A DNA stretch of 62,582 nucleotides, the filler included, from Perkinsus olseni (taxonomy: Eukaryota), in the NCBI GenBank assembly GCA_013115125.1. It is 9 parts of 9 records of this genome, joined end to end, with 100 filler letters (N's around TTAATTAATTAA, not from the genome) between each part and the next. Parts side by side here need not be neighbours in the genome. Positions count along the whole stretch, not along the records: positions 55,754 to 62,582 come from JABANN010001065.1; 8 more parts are not named here. One strand, 5' to 3'. Below, piece by piece: positions 62,201 through 62,582 of the stretch. The translations under genes and the position numbers were made by a program. The notes below the pieces were generated by a model. That model worked only from the letters and a program-made list of their open reading frames with translations. It was not told the origin of the DNA and searched no databases. How positions within the stretch are numbered: the stretch's first letter is position 1; the number at the start of each line of letters is the position of its first letter.

Positions 62201-62582
62201 CCGCACGAGGCGAGCCTGTCTCAAGTCGGTCACTGGCCTCGTTGCTACTATGAGTGTCAGAGTATGGCACGAAAGCCTGAGAACAAGCGCGACACCCGAC
62301 TGCCCCGCCCTGGAACCCACCTCAACGGCGGAGGTGAGCAGAGGGCAGAGGTAATCATCAAGCAGGACCGTCATGGAGGCAACAAGCCTGCAACTCAGCA
62401 CGGTGGTCGGTGATCCTATGCCTGTCTATCGGTGGGGTGCGCGGTAGCGCGGGTTCGATACTATATTACTGTGACGCCGGGCGTGCGCGATACGCAACGG
62501 TTGTCCCTTTTTTTTGTTGAAGTTGTCCTTCCGAGACTCCTTGTGAGTTCTATTCCGATAGTTGTGACACTGCAGGTCACAG

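Noticed and set aside
1-62582. Most short ORFs in the six-frame track; tRNA/rRNA genes
   Set aside because: The short ORFs are antisense or off-frame shadows of genes and repeats. No tRNA or rRNA signature was recognised by eye.

Overview
This is not one locus. It is nine unrelated ~6.8-6.9 kb eukaryotic contigs in non-increasing length order, joined by artificial 100-bp spacers (N44-TTAATTAATTAA-N44). Short GT-AG introns, alveolate-type helical-repeat proteins and retroelement-rich DNA suggest a Perkinsus-like alveolate (inference). Host genes include a P4-type ATPase flippase, an EF-hand protein, a secreted 2OG-Fe(II) oxygenase, a MORN protein, a class-II glutamine amidotransferase, a mitochondrial carrier, primase large subunit, the DDX1 3' part, an OPR/HPR-like repeat protein and a Mei2-like RRM protein. 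Much of the rest is decayed retroelement (Gypsy-like gag/protease/integrase, two BEL/Pao-like elements, LINE RT fragments, LTRs). The most striking object is in contig 8. Nested inverted repeats, including a perfect 57-bp pair, precede a spliced gene that fuses an OTU cysteine protease in frame to a >1300-aa Cys-rich protein. That protein ends in a Helitron Rep N-terminal-like region and is cut off by a retrotransposon fragment.
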